Source: Eledone cirrhosa (lineage: Eukaryota). From it: a DNA stretch of 64,000 nucleotides. The notes beneath the pieces are model-generated. The model did no database searches and had not been told where the DNA came from. It was given only the letters and a program-made list of their open reading frames with translations. How positions within the stretch are numbered: the first letter of the stretch is position 1; every line of letters starts with the position of its first letter. The stretch spans positions 26,660,001 to 26,724,000 of the forward strand of contig OZ024760.1 of the NCBI GenBank assembly GCA_964016885.1, in the 5' to 3' direction. This document shows, piece after piece, positions 27,681-40,564 of this stretch. The translations under genes were made by a program, and so were the position numbers.

Positions 27681-27900
27681 AGACATACATTCACACAGAC
27701 ACACATACATTCACACAGACACACATACATTCACACAAACACACATTCACACAAACACATGCATACATTTACACGCTCACAGACATACATTCACACAGAT
27801 ACACATACATTCACACAGATACACATACATTCACACAGGTACACATACATTCACACAAATACACATACATTCACACAGATATACATACATTCCCACAAAC
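27681..27900. repeat. 20-bp minisatellite (ACACATACATTCACACAGAY)n
   Basis: Visible period of 20. Confidence 0.85.
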
Positions 27901-28055
27901 ACATGCATACATTTACACAAACATACAGACACATATATTTACGCAACACACACATACACATACACTCGCACACAGCGTGATAGCAGCGTTCGATAAATTG
28001 GAACGGGGGAGGTAAAAAGCTGAAGTAAAACTTTTTATTATTTATTCTTTACATA

Positions 28056-28475
28056 AGGGCAGAAGATTGACAGTATCGTTAGTGCGTCAGACACTATGCT
28101 TTGCAGCATAGAGTTATGGCCCTTTATGTCCTGAGTTCATATCCCACCGAGGTTAACTTTGCCTTTCATCCTTACGGAGTCGATAAAATAAAGTACCAGT
28201 AATGCACTGGGATAATTGCTGGCCTTGTGCCAAAATTAGAAACAATTATTAACATTACGGTGAATTGGCAGTATCGTAAGAGGGTCGGACGCCATGCTTA
28301 GGAGCATAGAGTTATGGCCCTTTATGTCCTGAGTTCATATCCCACCGAGGTTAGCTTTGCCTTTCATCCTTACGGAGTCGATAAAATAAAGTACCAGTAA
28401 TACACTAGGGTTGATTTAATCGATATTTCCCTCCTTCAAAATTGCTGGCCTTGTGCCTATAGTTGGAACAATTAT
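28056..28475 (+). mobile_element. Two tandem SINE S1 copies (28056-28250, 28257-28475)
   Basis: Both have A and B boxes and core and share the variant GAGTTCATATCCCACCG; the second keeps the GATTTAATCGA segment. Confidence 0.85.
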
Positions 28476-28927
28476 TTATTTTTTTACAAGGGTGGTTTTC
28501 TGCTAACATGTGTAGTGTGTATATTGATATACGCAGGTATATATACATGTAGATAGATACGTCAAATTATGTAGGAAATCCAAGACCACTCGAGTGGTCG
28601 AGAGGAAGGAGAGAGACACACGTCCGACCGCCGCAGTTGTAAGTGAGAAGAGAACTGCTAAACTGTCAGGCGAGGGGTGAAAGCGAGAGGCAGAAAGAGG
28701 GATGAGAGTAGAAAGTAGCGAAATAGGTAGGTAGAAGGGGAGAGAAGAATGGTCACAGCGAAAAACATGATGAAATATATGGAGAATAGAAATGGCTGTG
28801 TAGTTGCTAACTTAAAATGCAGTGGGAATACGAAGAAAGCAAGAACGGGGGCGCGGGGGGATTTCTTCATCAGTTGTTTACTGGGGGTCTCGGATATATA
28901 TATACACACACACGCACACACACACAA

Positions 28928-31900
28928 AAGTGAATAGAGTTCCACTGAAGCAGGTAGAGACGTTCAAGTATCTCAAGGCCGGGTTCACGAGTGATAGCAG
29001 ACAGGAGGCTGAATTAAGTGCAAGTATTGCAAAAGCTGGTGCAGTAATGCACCAGCTTCAGCATTCAGTAATCAGAAGAAGGGAGGCAGGTGTAGAAGCC
29101 AAACTCACTGTCTTCAGTTCAGTAATCAGAAGAAGGGAGGTAGGTGTAAAAGCCAAACTCCCTATCTTCAATTCAGTAATCAGAAGGGAGGTAGGTGTAA
29201 AAGACAAACTCCCTATCTTCAGTTCATTAATCAGAAGAAGGGAGGCAGGTGTAAAAGACAAACTCCCTATCTTCAGTTCAGTAATCAGAAGAAGGGAGGT
29301 AGGTGTAAAAGACAAACTCCCTATCTTCAGTTCAGTAATCAGAAGAAGGGAGGTAGGTGTAAAAGACAAACTCCCTATCTTCAGTTCATTAATCAGAAGA
29401 AGGGAGGCAGGTGTAAAAGACAAACTCCCTATCTTCAGTTCAGTAATCAGAAGAAGGGAGGTAGGTGTAAAAGACAAACTCCCTATCTTCAGTTCAGTAA
29501 TCAGAAGAAGGGAGGTAGGTGTAAAAGACAAACTCCCTATCTTCAGTTCATTAATCAGAAGAAGGGAGGCAGGTGTAAAAGACAAACTCCCTATCTTCAG
29601 TTCAGTAATCAGAAGAAGGGAGGTAGGTGTAAAAGACAAACTCCCTATCTTCAGTTCAGTAATCAGAAGAAGGGAGGTAGGTGTAAAAGACAAACTCCCT
29701 ATCTTCAGTTCAGTAATCAGAAGGGAGGTAGGTGTAAAAGACAAACTCCCTATCTTCAGTTCAGTAATCAGAAGAAGGGAGGTAGGTGTAAAAGACAAAC
29801 TCCCTATCTTCAATTCAGTAATCAGAAGAAGGGAGGTAGGTGTAAAAGACAAACTCCCTGTCTTCAGTTCAGTAATCAGAAGAAGGGAGGCAGGTGTAAA
29901 AGACAAACTCCCTATCTTCAGTTCAGTAATCAGAAGAAGGGAGGTAGGTGTAAAAGACAAACTCCCTATCTTCAGTTCAGTAATCAGAAGAAGGGAGGCA
30001 GGTGTAAAAGACAAACTCCCTATCTTCAATTCAGTAATCAGAAGAAGGGAGGTAGGTGTAAAAGCCAAACTCCCTATCTTCAGTTCAGTAATCAGAAGAA
30101 GGGAGGTAGGTGTAAAAGACAAACTCCCTATCTTCAGTTCAGTAATCAGAAGAAGGGGGGTAGGTGTAAAAGACAAACTCCCTATCTTCAGTTCAGTAAT
30201 CAGAAGGGAGGTAGGTGTAAAAGACAAACTCCCTATCTTCAGTTCAGTAATCAGAAGAAGGGAGGTAGGGGTAAAAGACAAACTCCCTATCTTCAGTTCA
30301 GTAATCAGAAGAAGGGAGATAGGTGTAAAAGACAAACTCACTATCTTCAGTTCAGTAATCAGAAGGAGGGAGGTAGGTGTAAAAGACAAACTCCCTATCT
30401 TCAGTTCAGTAATCAGAAGAAGGGAGGCAGGTGTAAAAGACAAACTCACTATCTTCAGTTCAGTAATCAGAAGGAGGGAGGTAGGTGTAAAAGACAAACT
30501 CCCTATCTTCAATTCAGTAATCAGAAGAAGGGAGATAGGTGTAAAAGACAAACTCACTATCTTCAGTTCAGTAATCAGAAGGAGGGAGGTAGGTGTAAAA
30601 GACAAACTCCCTATCTTCAGTTCAGTAATCAGAAGAAGGGAGGTAGGTGTAAAAGACAAACTCCCTATCTTCAGTTCAGTAATCAGAAGAAGGGAGGTAG
30701 ATGTAAAAGACAAACTCCCTATCTTCAGTTCAGTAATCAGAAGAAGGGAGATAGGTGTAAAAGACAAACTCCCTATCTTCAGTTCAGTAATCAGAAGAAG
30801 GGAGGTAGGTGTAAAAGACAAACTCCCTATCTTCAGTTCAGTAATCAGAAGAAGGGAGATAGGTGTAAAAGACAAACTCACTATCTTCAGTTCAGTAATC
30901 AGAAGAAGGGAGGCAGGTGTAAAAGACAAACTCACTATCTTCAGTTCAGTGATCAGAAGAAGGGAGGCAGGTGTAAAAGACAAACTCCCTATCTTCAGTT
31001 CAGTAATCAGAAGAAGGGAGGTAGGTGTAAAAGACAAACTCCCTATCTTCAGTTCAGTAATCAGAAGAAGGGAGATAGGTGTAAAAGACAAACTCACTAT
31101 CTTCAGTTCAGTAATCAGAAGAAGGGAGGCAGGTGTAAAAGACAAACTCCCTATCTTCAGTTCAGTAATCAGAAGAAGGGAGGCAGGTGTAAAAGACAAA
31201 CTCCCTATCTTCAGTTCAGTAATCAGAAGAAGGGAGGTAGGTGTAAAAGACAAACTCCCTATCTTCAGTTCAGTAATCAGAAGAAGGGAGGTAGGTGTAA
31301 AAGACAAACTCCCTATCTTCAGTTCAGTAATCAGAAGAAGGGAGGTAGATGTAAAAGACAAACTCCCTATCTTCAGTTCAGTAATCAGAAGAAGGGAGAT
31401 AGGTGTAAAAGACAAACTCACTATCTTCAGTTCAGTAATCAGAAGAAGGGAGGTAGGTGTAAAAGACAAACTCCCTATCTTCAGTTCAGTAATCAGAAGA
31501 AGGGAGGTAGGTGTAAAAGACAAACTCCCTATCTTCAGTTCAGTAATCAGAAGGGAGGTAGGTGTAAAAGACAAACTCCCTATCTTCAGTTCGGTAATCA
31601 GAAGGGAGGTAGGTGTAAAAGACAACCTCCCTATCTTCAATTCAGTAATCAGAAGAAGGGAGGTAGGTGTAAAAGACAAACTCCCTATCTTCAGTTCAGT
31701 AATCAGAAGGGAGGTAGGTGTAAAAGACAAACTCCCTATCTTCAGTTCGGTAATCAGAAGGGAGGTAGGTGTAAAAGACAACCTCCCTATCTTCAATTCA
31801 GTAATCAGAAGAAGGGAGGCAGGTGTAAAAGACAAACTCCCTATCTTCAGTTCAGTAATCAGAAGAAGGGAGATAGGTGTAGAAGCCAAACTCCCTATTT

Positions 31901-32560
31901 TCAGTTCAGTAATCAGAAGAAGAGAGGCAGGTGTAAAAGACAAACTCCCTATCTTCAGTTCAGTAATCAGAAGAAGGGAGGTAGGTGTAAAAGACAAACT
32001 CCCTATCTTCAGTTCAGTAATCAGAAGGGAGGTAGGTGTAAAAGACAAACTCCCTATCTTCAGTTCAGTAATCAGAAGAAGGGAGGCAGGTGTAAAAGAC
32101 AAACTCCCTATCTTCAGTTCAGAAGAAGAGAGGCAGGTGTAAAAGACAAACTCCCTATCTTCAGTTCAGTAATCAGAAGAAGGGAGGCAGGTGTAAAAGA
32201 CAAACTCCCTATCTTCAGTTCAGTAATCAGAAGAAGGGAGATAGGTGTAGAAGCCAAACTCCCTATCTTCAGTTCAGTAATCAGAAGAAGGGAGATAGGT
32301 GTAAAAGACAAACTCCCTATCTTCAGTTCAGTAATCAGAAGAAGGGAGGTAGGTGTAAAAGACAAACTCCCTATCTTCAGTTCAGTAATCAGAAGAAGGG
32401 AGGTAGGTGTAAAAGACAAACTCCCTATCTTCAGTTCAGTAATCAGAAGGAGGGAGGTAGGTGTAGAAGCCAAACTCACTATCTTCAGTTCAATATTCGT
32501 GCCAACTATTACCTATGAATCTTGGGTCATGAATCTTGGGTAATGACCGAAAGAATTTGT
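28928..32560 (+). mobile_element. RTE-clade LINE fragment (RT C-terminal part) interrupted by a tandem expansion of its own sequence
   Basis: LKQVETFKYL..FTSD..I.KAGAVM before the array; IFVPTITY..GHESWVMTERI after it. Confidence 0.85.
29063..32492. repeat. 54-bp minisatellite, ~63 copies (51-bp variants), derived from RTE coding sequence
   Basis: Unit TTCAGTAATCAGAAGAAGGGAGGTAGGTGTAAAAGACAAACTCCCTATCTTCAG. Confidence 0.97.
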
Positions 32561-32661
32561 CCTGTGCTATATACCGCTATATACTTCTATTTCAATCTAC
32601 ACAGTTCTATACACGTGTCATTCTCTACCCATCAATACATATCTGACCCATATTCTCTCAC

Positions 32662-32776
<115 letters not shown>

Positions 32777-33246
32777 GAATACAATATCGGAGAAAGCTTT
32801 TTAGCGATACTCCGGCCAAATTCCAACTCACTCAACAAACAGGAAATAAGTGATTATATTCCTAATTATGCGTTCGGGGTGCTAACTAAAAGTATAGCGT
32901 GGAAAATTGGCTGTATTATTTCATAAGGGACATATCGAATATATATATATATGAAAAAGTGAGTCCTTCATCAGTGACCCTCCAACCGTCCTCGGCATTT
33001 CATCGCTTTAAGGGCCATATGCCTCAGGTTGGTGCGAACAACGGCTAAAAAAAGTCGTTGGGACACGTAAATAAAGGGGGACGCTAGAGTAACAACAAAA
33101 AGGTTTAAGCAACGGAAAGTGAGTAGAAATAGACAAGTCCCAGATCTCTATGAATATAAACTCTGTGAAATCGTGAACAAGAGACGATACATATATTATT
33201 CAAAATGTTAACAAATGAAAAATATTCACATAATCCAAATATATAC

Positions 33247-33306
33247 TTTATTATATATATTTCAAAGGTACTGTGCTGTTTTTTCAGTACGTCCTCATCA
33301 GACAAA
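33247..33306 (-). ncRNA. Hammerhead ribozyme motif
   Basis: TTTGT-CTGATGA-GG..GTACTG/CAGTAC..-GAAA-TATATA-TA-ATAAA. Confidence 0.7.
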
Positions 33307-33434
33307 ATATATGATTTGATAGATGACATTCCGCTACGGTCTTGATTATTTAATTCCCGTATTGGCAGTGATTTATTTCATCAAATCTCAACGTTTTTAT
33401 ACCACAAATAATATGATAAACTTCAAAATATACA

Positions 33435-33477
<43 letters not shown>

Positions 33478-33631
33478 TACAGTATATATATATATATATA
33501 AACCTCAAAGAAAGGGGGTGACTAGACCTGCTGCCCTGAAGATGTTAACCTTGCTAGTCGAGCACATACGCATTTAAGAGAGAAGTCTACCTTATCAAGC
33601 ATTTCTAATCAGTAAAATTGACATTGTACTT

Positions 33632-33795
33632 ACCGTATTTCCCGGCGCCAAAGACGCTTCGTCCTCGAGGACCCACCCTAATTTTGACAACCAAAAATTA
33701 AAAAAAAAACAAAACATATTAAACAACCTTCGGCCTCCAGGAGGCATGGTAGATTTTTGAGACTTATTTTTGGAAAAAAGTAGCGTCTTATAAGA
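33632..33795. mobile_element. Possible Tc1/mariner (Tc2/pogo-like) MITE remnant
   Basis: TA-CCGTATTT start and AAGACGC / GCGTCTTATA inverted words. Confidence 0.4.
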
Positions 33796-33884
33796 ACAAA
33801 AACAACGAGAAAAAATTTAATTTCTGCGTATTTAAGTCAAAGGAAATATCGTAGTGTATTTATGTGTAAATTTGCCATTATTTA

Positions 33885-34330
33885 CGGTGGATTGGTAGTA
33901 TCGGTAGAGGGTCCGACACCATGCTTTGATGCATAGAGTTATGGCTCTTGCCATTCTGATTTCCGTTATAACGAATTTTTCAGTACAACGAAATTTTGTT
34001 CACTCCCCAGCCACACGCTCCATGTGTTAGGTCGGTCTTTCCGGTCTTTCTGTAAAGAAACTTTCATTACAACGAACTTTTTTTATACCCCGTGAATTTT
34101 TTATACCCCGTGAATTTTTTATACCTCTGTATTTAGATTATGAAAATTTACTAATTACTTAGTGTTTGAATAACTTTTAATTAGTCAGGCATTAGTATGG
34201 CCCCTTACGATCTGAGTTAAAATCTCGCCGAGGTTGACTTTGCCTTTCATCCTTATGGGGTCGATAAAATAAAGTACCAGTAATACACTGGGTTAATTGT
34301 TGGCCTTGTGCCAAAAGTAGAAACAACTAT
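33885..34330 (+). mobile_element. SINE S1 pieces (33885-33960 and 34196-34330) separated by unrelated sequence
   Basis: 5' half and 3' half of S1 with a partly duplicated junction. Confidence 0.7.
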
Positions 34331-34861
34331 TTACGATTTGCTAAATGGCTAAGAATTTATAATTTATTACTGCATCCCCTCATCGTAGAAATGTCTATTT
34401 ATCAATTGTTCTATTGCCCGTAGATAAAAAGACAAGAAAAACAATGCTCAATCTATTTCAAGAGAGTTTATTTAGTAGAATTAAAATTTCATACATTTTA
34501 CGTGCGAACTTTGGATTTGGGGTCCAGTTATGGCCACCACTGTAGAGAGGAAGAGGTGTTTCTATATTGGCCTCTCATTGTCTTGACGTCTGATGAGAGG
34601 CAACTATACAGTGGTGGCCATTAGTGGACTTCGAAACCTAAAGTCGACCCCGTAAGGATGAAAGGCAAAATAATAATAAAAATAATAAATGTGAAGAGGG
34701 CTCCAGAAGGATAAATATATATCAAATATATAAGAACCCTAGTGCAAATATTTATTAAAATAACAGATTAAAGTTTACGCAAAGAATCGCTGTTTTCACC
34801 CCTAACGGGATCTTCAGAAGACCCCGTTAGGGATGAAAGCAGCTTAAACTTTAATCTGTTA

Positions 34862-34951
<90 letters not shown>

Positions 34952-35340
34952 CAATCAATAGAGAAGAAGGCAATACATTTAAAACCAAACTTTTCATCTT
35001 ATCAGTGTTTCATCTATACAATAACGAGTAACAGTTCACACATGTATGTGTGTGTGTGTGTACACACGTATACATATTGTTATTAGTGATATTAATATAG
35101 AATCTTCAGAGAAGAAAGAATCGCTTTTATTGATGTTCCTGGAAGTTAGTCCAACTAATCTTTTCTTGGATAAAAAATTCCTTTAAAGGAGAAGCAAATA
35201 GATGTCAGAGTGCATATCTTAGGGCGATATATTCGAAAAGGCCCAATTTGTAAATTTAAAATGGCGGTTACAGAGGGGCGTAATAATCAAAGGGGGATAA
35301 CTATGTTGCATTTATTATTATGAAATAATTTCGGTAAAGT

Positions 35341-35376
<36 letters not shown>

Positions 35377-35378
35377 GC

Positions 35379-35472
<94 letters not shown>

Positions 35473-35474
<2 letters not shown>

Positions 35475-36058
35475 CATGAAACAAAGTTCTGTTTAAATCA
35501 TTTATCTGCTTACAATTGTTTCTTCCAAACCGAGGTTTGGGGGTCTTCGGAGCAATTATTCAGTGATTTTTAACATACTTGACCTCCTTTTCAACACAAG
35601 AGACATATAGAAACATATGTATATATTGACCTACATATGTATATATTGACCCACAGTGGGTTGACATCCATTATAATATATATTGGGTTGACATCCATTA
35701 TGCTATATTATTATAATGGATGTCAACCCACTGTGGGTCAATATATACATATGTTTCTATATGTCTCTTGTGTTGAAAAGGAGGTCAAGTATGTTAAAAA
35801 TCACTGAATAATTGCTCCGAAGACTCCAAACCTCGGTTTGGAAGAAACAATTGTAAGCAGATAAATGATTTAAACAGAACTTTGTTTCATGTAATCTGTA
35901 TATAACTGCTCTGTAAAACAACTGATGTTGTTACATTGAGCTATTTATCTTACTGGTAATAAGATAGTAATAAATTACTGTCTTTCACTATTTAGGGTAT
36001 AATATATATAACTATTAAAGGTTTTAGTATATACATAACCATAAATAGTATCCTTAAT
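35473..36058 (+). mobile_element. Fold-back insert, ~190-bp arms; hammerhead 35812-35860 with CCGAAGA core; hairpin 35908-35941
   Basis: TGCT-CCGAAGA-TCCAAAC/GTTTGGA-GAAA-CAATTG-TA-AGCA; GCTC-TGTAA..TTACA-TT-GAGC. Confidence 0.8.
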
Positions 36059-36079
36059 ACTATATATATATATATATAC

Positions 36080-36151
<72 letters not shown>

Positions 36152-36173
36152 GTATATATATATATATATATTT

Positions 36174-36228
<55 letters not shown>

Positions 36229-36229
<1 letters not shown>

Positions 36230-36363
36230 GGGTAGTAGAGTGGGTAATAGGAACCAGTAAGACCCCGACGGCTGAGCTCAAGCCGTTTCGACGGCTAATT
36301 CTGGACCAGAATTAGCCGACGAAACGGCTTGAGCTCAGCCGTCGGGGTCTTACTGGTTCCTAT
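36229..36363 (-). mobile_element. Family F1 fold-back insert
   Basis: Both arms share copy-specific variants. Confidence 0.8.
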
Positions 36364-36757
36364 ATTTTATATATATATATATATTTTATATATATTTATA
36401 TATATTTTATATATATATATATATTACATATATATATATATTATATATATATATATATATTATATATATATATATATTTTATATATATATATAACTTTGA
36501 TAGGTTTCGGCCAGTATTGGCCCAGGTCATGTCTAACTTAATAGCACTACCTTGCGAAGTCTTACAAATCAGTGTTTGGGTAAAATAATGAATAAACAAA
36601 GAAACAGTTCCTTATATTAAAAAATTCATCATTTTACGATCGTTTCTAGGATATATATGTTAGTGTTGGTATGCATATCCTATAGATCTATGTAAAATTT
36701 TTACAAACTATCAGAGGGAATATACATACCTACACATATATATGCTGTCTTCAGAAA

Positions 36758-36833
36758 TAATTGTTTCTACTTTAGGCACAAGGCCAGAAATTACCCAGTG
36801 CATTACTGGTACTTTATTTTATCGACCCCGTAA
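36758..36833 (-). mobile_element. SINE S1 3' fragment
   Basis: Reverse complement of the GATAAAATAAAGTACCAGT..GGCCTTGTGCC tail. Confidence 0.75.
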
Positions 36834-36859
36834 GTCTTACAAATCAGTGTTTGGGTACA

Positions 36860-36867
36860 ATATATAT

Positions 36868-36904
<37 letters not shown>

Positions 36905-36948
36905 AATATATATATATTTTATATATATTTATATATATATATTTTATA

Positions 36949-37009
<61 letters not shown>

Positions 37010-37675
37010 TATATATATATATATTATATATTATATATATATATTATATATATATTTGATATATAAATATATTGTATATATATATAAATATATATTATAT
37101 ATATATTAAATATATATATATTGTATATATATATATTATATATATATTATATATATATATTATATATATATATATCATATATATATATTATATATATATA
37201 TAATATATATATATAATAAATATATATATATATATATATTATATTTTTTTATATATATAATATATATTTTATATATATATATAATAAATATATATATATA
37301 TATATATATTATATTTTTTTATATATATAATATATATGTTATATATATATATATATTTTATATATATATATATATATTATATATATTATGAATATATATT
37401 ATATATATATTTATATATATATTTTATATATATAATTATATATATATTTATATATATATATATATTTGCATATATATATAATATATATACATATATATTT
37501 ATATATATATAAATAATATATACATATTATCTATATATATATATATATTATATATTATATATATATATTATATATACATATATATATATATTTTATATAT
37601 ATATATATATATATTCTATATATATATATTTTATATATTTATATATTTTATATATATATATATATATTATATATA

Positions 37676-37706
<31 letters not shown>

Positions 37707-38059
37707 GATATATATTTTATATATATATATTTTATATATATATATATTTTTTTATATATATATATTTATATATATATTTTATATATATATATACATATAT
37801 ATATCAAATATATATATATATAAAATAAATATATATATATATTTTATATATATATATATATATTTTATATATATATATATAAAATAAATATATATATATA
37901 TTTTTTATATATATATTTTATATATATATATTTTTTATATATATATTTTATATATATATATATATATTCTATATATATACCTTTTATATATATATATTTC
38001 ATATATATATTTATTTTATATATATATATATTCACATATATATATATATATATTTTATA

Positions 38060-38105
<46 letters not shown>

Positions 38106-38995
38106 TATATATATATATATTATATATATATATATATTATATATATATATATGTATATTATATATATAATATATATATATATATTTTATATTTATATATA
38201 TATATTTTATATTTATAAATATATATATATTTTATATATATATATATATATATATGTTATATATATATATATTTCATATTTATATATATATATTTTATAT
38301 TTATAAATATATATATATTTTATATATATATATATATTATATATATATATGTTTTATATATATATATATATTTTATATATACATATATATGTATATATAT
38401 TATACATATATATATATATATTTTATATATATATATATTTTTTATATATATATATTATATATATTATATATATACTACTATATTATATATATATATTATA
38501 TATATATATATTATATATATATATATTATATATATATATATTATATATATATATATTATATATATATATATAATATATATATATATAATATATATATATA
38601 TAATATATATATATATATAATATATATATAATATTTATATATATAATATATATATAAATGAAAGGTATAGAATGTATTATAGCAAGATGCCAACAGTATT
38701 CCATAATATATAATATTTTATATATATATTTTATATATATATAATATATATATATATATATTATATATATATATATTTTATATATATATATATATTATAT
38801 ATATATATATATATTATATATATATATATAAATATATATATAAATGTTATAGAATACTATTAGCTTCTCGCTAAAACAATTTCTATACCTTTCATTTATA
38901 TTTTATATATATACATATATATACTTATATTTTATATATGTATTATATATACATATATTTTACATATATTTTATATATATATTATATATATATAA
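36860..38995. repeat. ~2.1-kb degenerate (TA)n low-complexity tract containing a short inverted insert (38655-38705 / 38845-38900)
   Basis: Almost exclusively A/T; AAATGAAAGGTATAGAA is the reverse complement of TTCTATACCTTTCATTT. Confidence 0.9.
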
Positions 38996-38996
38996 A

Positions 38997-39183
38997 AAGT
39001 ATAACCCCAACGGCAGAGCTCTAGCCGTTTCGACGGCCATTTCTGGACTCAGAAATAGCCGTCGAACCGGCTAGAGCTCTGTCGTCGGGGTCATACTTTT
39101 TCCTATTTCCTACTCTACTACCCTAAGTATTGGATACTCTGGTGCTTTATGATCCATCTGGTTCCTTACCACAATTCCTTTGT

Positions 39184-39186
<3 letters not shown>
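38997..39186 (+). mobile_element. Family F1 fold-back insert
   Basis: Arms plus tail; both arms carry the CTAGAGCTCT variant. Confidence 0.8.
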
Positions 39187-39278
<92 letters not shown>

Positions 39279-39295
39279 GATATTATCTCTATATA

Positions 39296-39340
<45 letters not shown>

Positions 39341-40205
39341 ATTTAAACTTTAGGCACTCAAATTGTTAATCATAAATTCTTTAAAAATTATAATTGTAAT
39401 TATTTTCTAAATTATATTATATAAACTGTTGTCAATATTATTTGGTAAATATATTTGGTAAAGTTTACCTTCGTAAGGTTGTAAAAACATTGTTTTCTTT
39501 CTCGTGTTTGTAAATCCTTTAAATTTGATTTCATAAAATTTGATTTTAGAAATTAAATGTGATAGTATAATTTAATATTAATACAGATACCTATTAACTT
39601 TTAAAACCTAAAATATTATTCATTACTCTGAACTAACTTAAATTAAATATTTTGAATATTAACGGTCAAACAGATATCTTTAGATATATATTGTATATAT
39701 GGATAATTGTCTAAAAACTTGAACATAAGTTATTCCTCTTTATCTCTGTATCTATAATCAACTCTACTTTATTTTTCTAGGACCCTACTAACTATATTAT
39801 CCCTCATCTGTTTCTTCTTCTATGCTTTTCTTTTCTTTCCTTTTTCTTCAGTAATTTAAATTATTTAACACTTATATTGATGCCAAGTATTTGTTAAGCT
39901 GTCTCACACGTACCCTCTCTATTGTATGTATTATATATTTTTCTCATGTTCTCAATATTACGGTATATAAATATTGTGATTTATCATATATTACGCACTA
40001 CCATGACTGAATCTTAACCATCTACCTTGTCAGGGTATGTCATGCATCATCTTATGTTATCTGATAAAGACGTAGTGATGAAGTTAACTCAGTACCTCTG
40101 AAATATGTCTAATAAAATATAGTTGGTCACAAGAATATCTATTTTGTTAATATTTTGAATTAATATTTATATATATATATATTATATATATTATATATAT
40201 ATATA

Positions 40206-40238
<33 letters not shown>

Positions 40239-40246
40239 AATATATG

Positions 40247-40302
<56 letters not shown>

Positions 40303-40564
40303 TAAATTAAGATAAATTAAATGAATTTAATCTAAATCAAAATTATGGGTGTCATGCCAGAAAGACATGCGCCATATCACCCGGAAAATAAGCTCTAAGA
40401 TTCTAACGAGTAGGTCCGAGCATTTTATAATAACTAGAAATTGATTAACATATATATAAACATGAATAATCACAGGAGATAATTTTTACAAGTGTGTAAC
40501 CACACATAGCTAGGTAGGTAACTAAATAAAGTGACCAGAACTTCAAAAATAGATACCTTATAAT

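Noticed and set aside
28822-32142. 1106-aa and antisense 1014-aa ORFs as real genes
   Set aside because: Produced by a stop-free 54-bp tandem unit inside a dead RTE fragment; the ORF start runs through a microsatellite
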